A program made the position numbers and the translations under genes. Positions 1-10,273 of a stretch of 64,000 nucleotides of DNA are shown piece after piece (the first letter of the stretch is position 1; each line of letters opens with the position of its first letter). Under the pieces are notes generated by a model. The model saw nothing but the letters and a program-made list of their open reading frames with translations, did not search any database and was not told where the DNA came from. Source of the stretch: a virus (Duplodnaviria; Caudoviricetes); IMG/VR virus record IMGVR_UViG_3300031555_001441, positions 1 to 64,000 of that record. One strand, written 5' to 3'.

Positions 1-10
1 CCTTAATCAT
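1..10 (-). CDS. 5' end of a gene running off the left edge of the window
   Basis: ATG at 10..8, preceded on the minus strand by GAAGGAGG and by both promoter-like motifs (50-59, 76-85). Confidence 0.55.
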
Positions 11-75
11 AAGGTAACCTCCTTCATTATATGTAATGTGTACATATACATATAAGGTTAGAAATATCCATATTC

Positions 76-85
76 TATAACGATT
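76..85 (-). promoter_or_regulatory. Motif A AATCGTTATA, copy 1 of 6 (also 28342, 31496, 34805, 38549, 59178)
   Basis: Exact 10-mer repeated in intergenic positions upstream of an RBS and start codon. Confidence 0.75.
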
Positions 86-90
86 CTACA

Positions 91-134
91 AAAAAAAATA
101 AAAAAAAAGAAAAGCTCGCATTTTGTTGCGAGCT
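91..134 (-). terminator. Rho-independent terminator after the major capsid gene
   Basis: 8-bp stem AGCTCGCA (113-120) / TGCGAGCT (127-134) followed on the minus strand by a long U-rich run. Confidence 0.8.
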
Positions 135-192
135 GAATTTTCTTTTACAATGTAACAAGAGGGTGAGAGATTCTTGTTTCTTTGTTGTGAGA

Positions 193-1635
193 TCAGAACG
201 TGCCGAGGATCTTGCCAGATACGACCGTGGCGGGGTTGACTACCTTCATCGCAAACATGCTGCAAACGCCCTGCTGGACCGAGCTATTCGCAAGACCAAT
301 CGCATCGGTATTCGTAAGAGGCATGTACTCGCCGAACAGCGCAGAGTTACGTCTGATGTCGTTCGACTTCGCAGCCATGACCCAAGTATCCGGATTGTAA
401 GAAGGCTCGCAGTAGATCTCGAACTGATCAAGTTTACCGAGCTTGTACGGACCGACTGTTTCAGCAGCACCGTCAGCTACGAAGCCCTGAACCATGGACA
501 GATAGGAAGCAACATTGCTACCGACGATAAGACGGTTCGGTCTGGTGAGTCTGGTGGCCTGATATACAGAAGCAGAAGCCTGAGCAAGTTTTAGCTTGAA
601 CATGTTGAGGTAATCAGAAGGAACTACAGAACCCTGGAGTACAGGAGACGCATCCCAGTTGAACTGAGGTCTGTAAGAAGCAGCTTTCGCAAGTTCCTGG
701 AAGCCCTTGGTGTTGATTTCAGCGGTAAGCTCGGAGAACGCAGCCTCTTTCGCTATATCACCGATGTTGGCGCCGTATTCCTGCTGAGCAGCGAACGCGG
801 AGTAGATGGACCAGTAGCAAGCGAGCTGATGAGCTTCAGCAACGAGGTTGATTTCATCCAGCTGGAGGTAACCCTTGCCCATCTGAGCGCCGTAGTCGTA
901 ACCGAACTGACCATTGTCATGAGCACGAGGACCGACGTTTTCATTGTCGTACTGATAGGTGGATCTGACGTCACCTGTTATCGCCGAAACGGTAACTTGA
1001 CCGGTGGTGTAGTCTATTGCACCGACAGCAGTCGTGAGATCCGACGCAGCAAAGATACTACCGTCTTTATCAACATAGATCTTTGTTACATCAGCAACTT
1101 CCTGAATAGAAACGGAACCCGGAAGAACCGGCGTGTACATGAGTCTGAAATTACCGCCCGTAGCAGCTGTATTCAGCTCATTCTTTACAAGTCTGCCACC
1201 GAAGTTCGGGTCTATACCCTGGCGGTTAGCAAACGGGCTCGACATGATGTCACCCGCTTCGGTTTCACCCTTCGTGTTCTCAGCAGTGAATTTGAAGAAC
1301 GGGATCAGCTGTTGACGCGACTTCATCGCTACAGAACCATATACATCAAGTATAAGAAGTTTCTGCACGAACAGCGGAAGCAGTTCAAGGAAATCAGGAC
1401 GAGCCATTATGTTGGTGGTGTTAGTCGCAGCCATGACCGAAGTCTTGCGAGCATTGGCCTGCAGCTGACGGACAAACGCTTTTTGCTCAACAGTCAGATT
1501 GACGTTGGCAGTGATGGAAGTTTTGTTGTTGCGGTTCTGAACGCCGGCCGTTATACGTGTATTCGTCATCACAGGACGAGATACTCTCGGACGAGCAGAA
1601 ACAGGAGCAACAGTACGAGTCGTTTTGGTAATCAT
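193..1635 (-). CDS. Major capsid protein, T4 gp23-like, with N-terminal propeptide
   Basis: 480 aa; gp23-like segments (AAQQEYG, ELTAEIN, GKLDQFEIYCEP, ALFGEYMPL); high-expression codon bias; follows the prohead protease; AGGAGA RBS. Confidence 0.9.
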   Translation of the reverse strand: MITKTTRTVAPVSARPRVSRPVMTNTRITAGVQNRNNKTSITANVNLTVEQKAFVRQLQANARKTSVMAATNTTNIMARPDFLELLPLFVQKLLILDVYGSVAMKSRQQLIPFFKFTAENTKGETEAGDIMSSPFANRQGIDPNFGGRLVKNELNTAATGGNFRLMYTPVLPGSVSIQEVADVTKIYVDKDGSIFAASDLTTAVGAIDYTTGQVTVSAITGDVRSTYQYDNENVGPRAHDNGQFGYDYGAQMGKGYLQLDEINLVAEAHQLACYWSIYSAFAAQQEYGANIGDIAKEAAFSELTAEINTKGFQELAKAASYRPQFNWDASPVLQGSVVPSDYLNMFKLKLAQASASVYQATRLTRPNRLIVGSNVASYLSMVQGFVADGAAETVGPYKLGKLDQFEIYCEPSYNPDTWVMAAKSNDIRRNSALFGEYMPLTNTDAIGLANSSVQQGVCSMFAMKVVNPATVVSGKILGTF

Positions 1636-1681
1636 AAGTCATCTTTCTCCTATTTAATTACTTATAAAATTTTGGTTGTGT

Positions 1682-3082
1682 TTATAGAGTGACAAGATTT
1701 AATCCATCATCTTCATCAACTATATCCATTCCTGAATCAACTTCTGTTGAAGCTGTTATGCGGGTTCTACCGTTGACGATAGTACCTCTTATTAAGGATT
1801 GAATTTCAGATACCGATGTAGATGCTGTTACTTGTACACCCGAAAGTTCGACGCCAATAGCATTCGCATACAGCGAAGCATATGCATCTTGGTATTCTTG
1901 TATCAGTTTATCTGCTGTATCGAGGCGCTGAGTAAGCTTCTTGTTAATTGCATCCAGGTTAGATGATCTAGTGTTGGTCTCAGTAGCTGCGTTGACGGTT
2001 TCAGCGAGCTCTAGACGCAACTTCGATATAACAGAATCTTTCTCTTTTGACTTTTTATCAACAGATAAGATACTTTGTTTATATTTAAGGTTTGATTGCT
2101 GAGCTGCTTCAATTTCAGACTTTAATTTTTTATTTGAAGCTTTCAATGTTTCATAAGAAGCGGTTATCTTATCAAAACTAGCAATCAAATCAGATTGTTG
2201 TGCAGAAGTTATTCTTTCAATGGACTTGAGTTTACGTTGTAACTGATGATTTTCAACTTTTTCAGCAGATTCAACTTTTTGAAGTTCTCGGAGAGCAGAA
2301 GATGCTTCTATATATAGCTGTGTCATTCCGGCAAGTTTCTGAGAAAGCACTTCAGCAGTCAACTTATCATCTTCAGGTTCAGTTGCAGAAAGTATCTCAG
2401 CTTTATGCGCCTGTAGTTTCTTATATTGTTCAGATTGTGCTGCAAACTGAGATGCAACTATATCAATCGATTCTACAGTATTAAGACCTTCTAAGTTCTT
2501 ATCAACAGTTGCACATATTGCTTTGTACTTCGCTTGTGAATCAGCATCTGTTGAAGCAGCGATTGCAGTGAATGTAGGAATAGATTCTGGAAATGCTGGA
2601 AATGCAACTAAATCAAATCCTCTGAATACAAATGTTTCAGGATCAACTGAATTGTTGATTATATCACCGGCACCTCGGACTGATATTCCGAATCGTACAC
2701 CTGCCGCTTGGAATGTCTTTACAATGCGTCCAACAGGGGTATCAATAAGATTAAACTTACCATACACTTTACCATTGTCATCAATGTGACATTCTGTCAT
2801 TACTATACAAGCGTGTTCAAAATCCATACAGTTTGGATCTTCAGGATGTCCTAAGAACCCGATGTACCAACCCATATTTAGAGCTTGCTTGTATTCTTCT
2901 GAACTGAATACAGCTTCCCAAACTTCTCTAGTTATATCTAATCCGTTTAGATTAGTGATATTGGAATCAGCACATTCGCCGTCGTATGTTCCTAATATTG
3001 CAGGAGTTTTATAACCTTCAGGAAAATCAGCCGCGTTGATGTGTTTAAGTGGACTCATCTTATTATTTCCCACTTCAGTCAC
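1682..3082 (-). CDS. Prohead maturation protease (gp21-like) fused to a coiled-coil scaffold-like C-terminus
   Basis: GFLGHP (His), GISVRGAG (Ser) and FDLVAFP motifs; long coiled coil; directly upstream of the capsid gene. Confidence 0.85.
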   Translation of the reverse strand: MTEVGNNKMSPLKHINAADFPEGYKTPAILGTYDGECADSNITNLNGLDITREVWEAVFSSEEYKQALNMGWYIGFLGHPEDPNCMDFEHACIVMTECHIDDNGKVYGKFNLIDTPVGRIVKTFQAAGVRFGISVRGAGDIINNSVDPETFVFRGFDLVAFPAFPESIPTFTAIAASTDADSQAKYKAICATVDKNLEGLNTVESIDIVASQFAAQSEQYKKLQAHKAEILSATEPEDDKLTAEVLSQKLAGMTQLYIEASSALRELQKVESAEKVENHQLQRKLKSIERITSAQQSDLIASFDKITASYETLKASNKKLKSEIEAAQQSNLKYKQSILSVDKKSKEKDSVISKLRLELAETVNAATETNTRSSNLDAINKKLTQRLDTADKLIQEYQDAYASLYANAIGVELSGVQVTASTSVSEIQSLIRGTIVNGRTRITASTEVDSGMDIVDEDDGLNLVTL

Positions 3083-3453
3083 CTCTTATCTTGATTTTGT
3101 CTATCTTTGCCAAGCAACTTATTAGTTAATCTAACAAGCCCTCCAACAAACAATGTTTTTGCAATCTCTTTTAGTATACCCGATTCTACGTCTTCAAGAT
3201 CTTCAACTATAACATCATCCGAAGATAATTCATCATAAGCATCGGTATTGACGTCAGCTATTTCCTCTATAACATCTGAAGAAACTTGAACATCTTCGGC
3301 ACTTGATGTATCAATGGTGTAGGAAGACTCACCAATTTGTAGTTGTATCGACTGCCCAGGTACTTCTTCAAGAGAAATGTTTTTATCTTTTAGTTCATCT
3401 ATCTGCCGAAGCACATCTAGTAATGCGGCAGGTGTAAAAACAAACTCGTTCAT
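3079..3453 (-). CDS. Acidic hypothetical protein, likely head/core component
   Basis: 124 aa, AGGAGA RBS, overlaps the protease start. Confidence 0.6.
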   Translation of the reverse strand: MNEFVFTPAALLDVLRQIDELKDKNISLEEVPGQSIQLQIGESSYTIDTSSAEDVQVSSDVIEEIADVNTDAYDELSSDDVIVEDLEDVESGILKEIAKTLFVGGLVRLTNKLLGKDRQNQDKR

Positions 3454-3468
3454 GTTTTATTTCTCCTA

Positions 3469-4524
3469 TCAATTCCAAGTAGGCGATTCATAATCGCTTG
3501 CATTTCGATTAACTGTTCCTTGTATATGCCATAAGAACGAATTTACTACAGGTTGAACAGGACCATCTGACGGAAACTCATCAATTCCACCAATTTGTAT
3601 TTTCCATATAACTTGGACTACTTGATTAACTCCTACACGTAAAATGTTCTTCTGTAATATTTCTCTATTAGCAGGATCACTCATATCCCAGTTATCGCTA
3701 TCAGGAGGAAGTATTCGGTATCCGGCCAATAGTCCGTTGTCAATTGACATACTTCCGGACCAGTCGGGTCTAGCCCAAAGTCCGGCTTCTGTGATAAACA
3801 CATAATCGTTATCACCTCTGAATTGAGCAAGAGCGCCTGTAGAAATCATTGCACTATATACAATATCAAGCGTTTTTGCTTTTTCAGCATATATTTCAGG
3901 AACAACATCTCTGAATGCTATCTTAGCTCTAGGAAATGATGGAGACATCACTTCAAAACCAGATGTTGAAAGATCTAAAATAGCATTCCATTTGTTGATA
4001 TCAAACGGTCCTAATTCTGTAGGTGAAATACACTTGTACAATACGCCCTGATATGTTACAATATCGTCTACACTATACCGTTGTGTAGTTTGATATGTAG
4101 TATAAGGATAACCTAATCCGAAGTATGGGCGATTGTTATTGTAACTTGCATCGTAGCCATCAGCACCGTAACCTGGTCGCTCATTCATATATTTGGTGTA
4201 ACAAGTTTCGGGATCATAATCAGGATCAGATGCTACACCACCGATATCAACCGGAAGTCCGGATTCAGTTTGATGCTGACCCTCGAGGCCCATTGTACCT
4301 AATGATATGTATTGAGGTAGATATGGCTTCAAAGCAGCAGTACCTTGATTAAGAACACCTTCGCCTACTAAATAATATCCAATACCAGATAGCAATGAAT
4401 TAGTAGCCGAATTGTGACCGGTGTGTTCGCATACTACTTTTCTAGTATACTTATCTATTACACGCAATGAGACATTGTGTGATATTCTCATTCGACGTGC
4501 TACATCAACATGATTATTCAACAC
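3469..4524 (-). CDS. Baseplate/tail-associated structural protein
   Basis: GTG start with AAGGAGG; ITEAGLW and QVIWKIQI segments typical of baseplate/tail-fibre-attachment proteins; internal YSVDDIVTYQGVLYKC carbohydrate-binding-like module. Confidence 0.55.
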   Translation of the reverse strand: MLNNHVDVARRMRISHNVSLRVIDKYTRKVVCEHTGHNSATNSLLSGIGYYLVGEGVLNQGTAALKPYLPQYISLGTMGLEGQHQTESGLPVDIGGVASDPDYDPETCYTKYMNERPGYGADGYDASYNNNRPYFGLGYPYTTYQTTQRYSVDDIVTYQGVLYKCISPTELGPFDINKWNAILDLSTSGFEVMSPSFPRAKIAFRDVVPEIYAEKAKTLDIVYSAMISTGALAQFRGDNDYVFITEAGLWARPDWSGSMSIDNGLLAGYRILPPDSDNWDMSDPANREILQKNILRVGVNQVVQVIWKIQIGGIDEFPSDGPVQPVVNSFLWHIQGTVNRNASDYESPTWN

Positions 4525-4535
4525 AAGCCTCCTTA

Positions 4536-4802
4536 TTAAGGAATTTCAGATACAATAGAATCCTCATCATGTGTAAATATCTTTGTAAGACGAAATGAAT
4601 GTTTACTTATTATCTTAAATGTATATCTCCTCGGAGCTACCTCGTCGCCTGTAGGCGGTTGAGGATTCACTCTACGATGGAGATCTGGGCTAGTAAACCT
4701 ATTTCGATCTTTTCGATATTCTACTGAATCAGATGTTATTAGTTTGGGTGTAGAATCACCACTCAAACTATTGTAAGTATCAATATCAAATTCATTGTTC
4801 AT
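4536..4802 (-). CDS. Hypothetical protein (start revised to ATG 4802)
   Basis: ORF 4536..4853; the ATG at 4802 follows AGGA and a promoter-like motif at 4832-4841. Confidence 0.5.
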   Translation of the reverse strand: MNNEFDIDTYNSLSGDSTPKLITSDSVEYRKDRNRFTSPDLHRRVNPQPPTGDEVAPRRYTFKIISKHSFRLTKIFTHDEDSIVSEIP

Positions 4803-4849
4803 ATTATTTATATTATTCCTATATATGTTGTATACAAGGTTCAGATCAA

Positions 4850-6091
4850 TCAATTCTGCGTTCCCGGTTTGTTCGGATAATATGTATCATTATCAGGATC
4901 TGTTGAAATTGCTTCACCTATGTTAAACATAACGGGATTTACCGCAGGAGTTGTATATGGCAGAACGGTTGTACCACCTTCGGTAGGAGTACGAGATTCA
5001 GTTACATACACATCATAATTGAAATCAGAACTATAAGTATATTTTTCATCTGTTTCCTTATCATAAACTAAGTTCGCATGATGTACAGTTGTGATTGCGG
5101 GAGGAGGATTAACTGATACAGCATTAACTGGAATGCTAAATATCGGATCTAGTTCATAAGGATGATCAGGGTCTTCTGCATCTCGGATAAGAGATCTTAT
5201 GATGTGATCGTTGTTGCACAGTTGCAAAGAATACAATGCTCTGTATCCAGGATTTATTGCATCAGACGTTGCTTCTGTTTGATGCTGTGGATCTGTAACA
5301 GTAGTGTTTTCTTCTGAAATTGAATTTCGATACCATATGTTTCTTCGTGTATGGTCTAAATCAATTCCACCTTTGATGACGCCATCATCGTTATACATGC
5401 CCGAACCTTTTTGAAGTCGTGCATAATCTTCTCGTGTATAATGAGCAACACTAGACGATTTGAGAAACTGAGTCGGATCTACTTTAGCTGTATATCCTAA
5501 TGTATGATATAAATCAGTCTCACGACTATCTGTTAGACGCGCATCAATTGAAATCTTAGACCGTGCATCATATCGAGCTCCGGCGTAATCAAATACATAC
5601 ATACCTAAAGGACGCACATACTCTGTACATACGTCTATAGGCTTATCTGTACTGAAATATACAACTTCTATGTAACCTTCATCTGTATGTGGATTAACAT
5701 ATACAGAATTAACAGGAAGCGACGTATCTTCTAATCGATCATAAAGTATTGAATTTTCTTTACCGTAATCATTTATGTTAAACTGAGCTAAGTTAGTCTC
5801 AGCAGCTAACATCATTCCGTCTCGACTGCCTTTCAACCGGATCATATTCATAAAATAAAGTATGACCATTCTATTGAACGCTATACATACTCTATCATCA
5901 TATGTATAACCGATTGTATCACCCAGCATCCACAATAGGTCTGATGGACAGCGTAAGCAATCGTATAAATCATAGAAGTTCTCAATATCGTACTGTGTTT
6001 TAGATAACGCTGTCGAGAACCAATCTACAAAGAAGCGAAAATCCGCGCTAGACATATATATTTCAGGTAGAGATACATCTTTTATATTCAT
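4850..6091 (-). CDS. Baseplate wedge protein (gpI/gp7-like)
   Basis: CPSDLLWMLGDTIG..IRLKGS..EYVRPLG pattern of phage tail protein I-like families; baseplate synteny. Confidence 0.6.
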   Translation of the reverse strand: MNIKDVSLPEIYMSSADFRFFVDWFSTALSKTQYDIENFYDLYDCLRCPSDLLWMLGDTIGYTYDDRVCIAFNRMVILYFMNMIRLKGSRDGMMLAAETNLAQFNINDYGKENSILYDRLEDTSLPVNSVYVNPHTDEGYIEVVYFSTDKPIDVCTEYVRPLGMYVFDYAGARYDARSKISIDARLTDSRETDLYHTLGYTAKVDPTQFLKSSSVAHYTREDYARLQKGSGMYNDDGVIKGGIDLDHTRRNIWYRNSISEENTTVTDPQHQTEATSDAINPGYRALYSLQLCNNDHIIRSLIRDAEDPDHPYELDPIFSIPVNAVSVNPPPAITTVHHANLVYDKETDEKYTYSSDFNYDVYVTESRTPTEGGTTVLPYTTPAVNPVMFNIGEAISTDPDNDTYYPNKPGTQN

Positions 6092-6173
6092 AGCTCGCTC
6101 CTATACCTTTCTATACAATTATAAAAGGTCCATACATAGAAAGAGACCTGCGTGAGCAAGTCTCTCGTATGTG

Positions 6174-7298
6174 TCAGTTATGTTTCTTAATTATTTGAAG
6201 ATCTTTACGATTAACAGCAGTATTCAGCTCATTGTTGCGTGCTTCATTTTCACCTAGAACAATCCGATTAGTATCTGAAGGAGCTTTTGAAACGTACCAG
6301 TTTTCTTTCAATACCCAATTCGGAATTGTTTGTCCTGAATAATATTTGTCACCTGTAATTCTTACAAGGTCTCCTTTTTCAACAACTTGAACTATCGGAG
6401 CCGGTCTGACTAACAGCAGGTCTTTTGCGTAGAATGGGCTGTTTAGATCATTGTTTCTAGCTTCGTTCTGTCCTAAAACAATTCTATCACTACCTTCTGG
6501 AGCAGATCTAACATACCAGTTCTGTTTCAAGACCCACTTTGGAACAGCTTTACCTGAGTAGTATTTACTACCTATTATCTTTACAAGGTCACCTTTATGA
6601 AAAACAGTTGCTGGTTGCGGATTAAGTATCTCTTCAACACGTTTCTTGACATCATCAAATGTCTTTCCGAACTTCTTGAACCACTCGAGTGTATCGTCGT
6701 GATCGCTTCCTAGATTATATTGATAACTATCTTGATGACATAATATGGTAGGAACTTTGATTCCAGCGAACTCAACTGTTCCCCATGGATCAATGTTGAA
6801 TGTTTTACAGAGATACGCAGTTAGCTGACACGCTTCTTCAAATATAGCATCAAAATATGCTTTAGACTTGTATTTATCATCACAGATTTCAAATTGAATC
6901 CAATGACGATTGACCCAAATGAGGCTCTTACCTTGATATACATAACCGTTACACGAACCTAAATCACCATGTCCACATCCCCAAGGTGCCATAGTCCATT
7001 CACCGACTTGAACTGTTGTTATGGTACCATCGGCAAGTTTTCCTATAAATGCATTAACGCCAGCATCACGAGCTGCATGATTCCAGTCATTTCCATATCT
7101 GTTTTTACCTAGAACTTTCATCAGCTCATCGTAATTAGCATCACCTGCGTACGGTTGCACATAACGTTTCAAATTTACGTTACCTGCGGCTGTATCGTGC
7201 CATAGTATTCCGATAGGTTTACTGTTTTCGACCGCCCCATTCCACCAAGTACTATGTGTCATAAAGCATCTCATCGGTCCTGTTGCATCATATTTCAT
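6174..7298 (-). CDS. N-acetylmuramoyl-L-alanine amidase (endolysin) with two C-terminal cell-wall-binding repeats
   Basis: ILWHDTA, QFEIC, ILCHQD, DHDD amidase_2-type motifs; duplicated KGDLV(K/R)I.G.KYYSG..P.WVLK.NWYV repeat. Confidence 0.8.
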   Translation of the reverse strand: MKYDATGPMRCFMTHSTWWNGAVENSKPIGILWHDTAAGNVNLKRYVQPYAGDANYDELMKVLGKNRYGNDWNHAARDAGVNAFIGKLADGTITTVQVGEWTMAPWGCGHGDLGSCNGYVYQGKSLIWVNRHWIQFEICDDKYKSKAYFDAIFEEACQLTAYLCKTFNIDPWGTVEFAGIKVPTILCHQDSYQYNLGSDHDDTLEWFKKFGKTFDDVKKRVEEILNPQPATVFHKGDLVKIIGSKYYSGKAVPKWVLKQNWYVRSAPEGSDRIVLGQNEARNNDLNSPFYAKDLLLVRPAPIVQVVEKGDLVRITGDKYYSGQTIPNWVLKENWYVSKAPSDTNRIVLGENEARNNELNTAVNRKDLQIIKKHN

Positions 7299-7320
7299 AT
7301 TTGCTTCCTCCTATATGAGT

Positions 7321-9297
7321 TTATTTTATAAGATAATCTGGAGCAATTCTAATAGCCGTTCCAGTTGTCTTTGGTTCATATTTTGCAACGCTGATAGGAT
7401 TGAAATAGTCGATATCGCACTGCGTGTAGTTGATTATAGGATTTCTTAAGCTACCTGCATCAAAATACGCTATTCTGCTATCTGCTGATTGTACAACTTT
7501 AACAACTTCCATCACAGTCGGTTTTTGTCCTACAGCCCGATTAGACGGATCAAAATATATTGAAAGCGCTTCATTAACTGCGGAGATAATGTTATTACCT
7601 ACATCAACACTTACAGGACGTTTTGGATATATTTCGCCCACTATGTAGAATGGAAATACTCTCAACCAACCGAATGCTAATTCAACAGTCATGGCCTGTA
7701 GAGGTTTGTAATCACGAATCACATTTGCAATGAATTGCTTTGGTGGTTTGTATTGTACAAAATTAACTGCGTTGTTTATCTGTGCCCGAGCCACTTGTCC
7801 TTGACCCCAGCTACTATCTTGAAAACCATTGTGTACTGCAAAGCACATTGCTGTATATCGTTTGAAGTTCGCTGCAAATACATACTTGTTAGGATCTTCA
7901 GGATTAAAACCTAATCCTAATACAGATGACCAGTCATATATAGGATCACCTGCCGGAAAATCTTGATTAGTGATATACATCTTCATTTTCTGAGCATCTG
8001 TAAGATTCGGATTGTTATAGATCGCTAAGTTGATCTCAAGTGCTTTCTGACAGTCAAGAACGGTACCACAATCTACACCTGGTTCACGATTAAGAAATCG
8101 AATGAAGTCTGGGAGTGTTACTAAGCTGTCAAATGTGTTGATATAGTTACGACTGTTAATGTATGCTTCTTTAGCAGTTTCCGGACTCTTGCCTGTAACG
8201 GCATATGTATGAGGTAGTTCTACTACATTTGACAAATTGTAAATAGATATATCTCCGCCAGCTTCTGAAAAAGCATTTACAGTGCCTGACTCAGGAATCG
8301 CAGTTAGTAGATTAGACAATGCATTCTCACTTACACATCCTATAACTCCTGAACAGTCTATCCAATAGACGGTAAGCCAGTTGTCCGAATAGTTTTCAAG
8401 CTGATTCAAGTAGTTACTTATCTGTATTTGAGCATTAGAGTACACATCGTATGTTACAGCAAATCTAGGTTCAGGTGCAATGAATTCAGAAGGACTGTTG
8501 CACTGTATCCATTGGACTTGATCAAAATCACCTGATTCACTTACACGCCCTTTGACCCAAACAGCTGTAGTGTCTACATGTTGAGAAGGCAACGATATAA
8601 TTAGATTCTGTTTCTTGATCTGCTCAACAGAAAAACTTGCCCAGCGCAATTCACCTTCAATAGCAACTCGAGTTACAGATTCACCGGGAGCTAATGTCAC
8701 TCTGTCTTGAGAAGCAAATACATCGACAGAATCAGATATCAACGACCGACGGCTTCTTGTTTGTTGATCTCCATATGAATTTGTCAATGGAAGTATATTA
8801 TATGTAATAACTCTAGATTGATTTGTTATATCTGTATATGCGTTGAGTGTTGAGAAGTTAGATCCATTGAACCCAAAATCAATTGTAATGTTGTTACCAG
8901 CACTATTAGTGTTCTTTATCGTCACCTCGGTACGAGCTGCAGTATACCAACCCAACTTATATCCAATGAGTGCAAACAATCTTTCTGCATTCTTTCGTTG
9001 AGATACCGAAGGTGCAAACACTTCGTTAGCAAGCCAATCTATATTAACTCCTAGCATATCTGCTACAGAAGCTAAAAATTTACTCAAAACTACACCCGGA
9101 TCGGCATCAGCTTCCGGCTTCCATAATTCAGTCATCTGAGGGACAATGTCCCAAAAATCACGCATTATAGATTCGTAGTCCCTAGAAGTGTATTTGACCA
9201 TACCTCTGCTAAACTCGGAAGCATCAGTATCAACTGCACCTAGGTTAGTTACATTTGTGATATTTCCTGTTACTAGACTCATTACTTTGATCTCCAT
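7321..9297 (-). CDS. Baseplate wedge subunit (gp6/baseplate J-like)
   Basis: KYTSRDYESI, ADPGVVL, LFALIGYKL, LVTLPDF motifs; follows the gp25-like gene. Confidence 0.8.
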   Translation of the reverse strand: MEIKVMSLVTGNITNVTNLGAVDTDASEFSRGMVKYTSRDYESIMRDFWDIVPQMTELWKPEADADPGVVLSKFLASVADMLGVNIDWLANEVFAPSVSQRKNAERLFALIGYKLGWYTAARTEVTIKNTNSAGNNITIDFGFNGSNFSTLNAYTDITNQSRVITYNILPLTNSYGDQQTRSRRSLISDSVDVFASQDRVTLAPGESVTRVAIEGELRWASFSVEQIKKQNLIISLPSQHVDTTAVWVKGRVSESGDFDQVQWIQCNSPSEFIAPEPRFAVTYDVYSNAQIQISNYLNQLENYSDNWLTVYWIDCSGVIGCVSENALSNLLTAIPESGTVNAFSEAGGDISIYNLSNVVELPHTYAVTGKSPETAKEAYINSRNYINTFDSLVTLPDFIRFLNREPGVDCGTVLDCQKALEINLAIYNNPNLTDAQKMKMYITNQDFPAGDPIYDWSSVLGLGFNPEDPNKYVFAANFKRYTAMCFAVHNGFQDSSWGQGQVARAQINNAVNFVQYKPPKQFIANVIRDYKPLQAMTVELAFGWLRVFPFYIVGEIYPKRPVSVDVGNNIISAVNEALSIYFDPSNRAVGQKPTVMEVVKVVQSADSRIAYFDAGSLRNPIINYTQCDIDYFNPISVAKYEPKTTGTAIRIAPDYLIK

Positions 9298-10271
9298 TCA
9301 TATATTGCTGAACTGCAATCATGTATAGGCACATAGCCATGCTCTAACATGATGCTTAAATTTTGTGCGCATTTAGAATAATTTTCAAGTCGCTTGGGCT
9401 TAAGCGCTGCAACAAAACGAGCACCATCAGTCAACCTGTCACTGTTCTTTGCCCAATACTTTCGGGGAACTGTATAGGACACTAAATGAAATCCCATCTC
9501 CAAATAAGGAGCTTGATACATCTTTGAAATATCTCGTAGAGCAATAACAGATTCAGGTTGATAAAGTGATAAGTATGTATCAAATAATGCACGCCATCCA
9601 CCGACAACAGTGAACTCGGGATTACTGCATATCCTATATATTTCAGATGTGTATGATTTATTATATTTAGGTTTTCCTACTGTGATAAGATAAATCAATT
9701 CATCGCCTTTGTATATGCCTAAATGAGCATACCCTGCATCGAATGCAGTATCTATGTGATCTCGGCAATGATACATATCTAAGAATAAAAACATTTCACC
9801 TTGTTCTACTTCAGATATTGTACATTCTGATAGTTGCAGGACTGTTTTAGGCAAGAACTGTAAAGACATCTTGAATAAGCTATCCCAATCGAAAATATGA
9901 ATGCACTCCCATCCGAGTCTGTTTGCATTCAAAGCTGACTCTTGATGATAAGTCATGTGTTTTCCTATGTTGCAAGTATGAGATAGTGCACTCAACATAT
10001 CAACACCCGAACTATCTGATAAGTTGTGTGCTAAGTTTATCACTACTTTTTGAGAGGGAATAGCATATGTATAAGTGAAGTCTCCTAATTCAAAATTGCA
10101 TTTCACTTCCAAGCCCATAGCTTCAAGTACAGCAAGGAATGATTTATCTATCACTGGATACGTTTTATTCAGCAGCACATTACACTCGGCAACCGAATAA
10201 TACCAATCAATATGCTCTGCTTCTTTGAGTCGTAACGCTTGTCGCAGCGTACCACGCATTTGTCCTGGCAT
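9282..10271 (-). CDS. Putative homing endonuclease (Hef-like/DUF559-like) inside the baseplate operon
   Basis: GWECIHIFDWD segment, then FLDMYH..EIYRICS..VVGG..Y.EMGF..IHDC pattern. Confidence 0.55.
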   Translation of the reverse strand: MPGQMRGTLRQALRLKEAEHIDWYYSVAECNVLLNKTYPVIDKSFLAVLEAMGLEVKCNFELGDFTYTYAIPSQKVVINLAHNLSDSSGVDMLSALSHTCNIGKHMTYHQESALNANRLGWECIHIFDWDSLFKMSLQFLPKTVLQLSECTISEVEQGEMFLFLDMYHCRDHIDTAFDAGYAHLGIYKGDELIYLITVGKPKYNKSYTSEIYRICSNPEFTVVGGWRALFDTYLSLYQPESVIALRDISKMYQAPYLEMGFHLVSYTVPRKYWAKNSDRLTDGARFVAALKPKRLENYSKCAQNLSIMLEHGYVPIHDCSSAIYEWRSK

Positions 10272-10273
10272 TT

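Noticed and set aside
163-1692. Long plus-strand ORFs (163..594, 829..1692; likewise 24188..24871 and 25046..25522)
   Set aside because: Antisense shadows of codon-biased minus-strand genes; no RBS or recognisable motifs.
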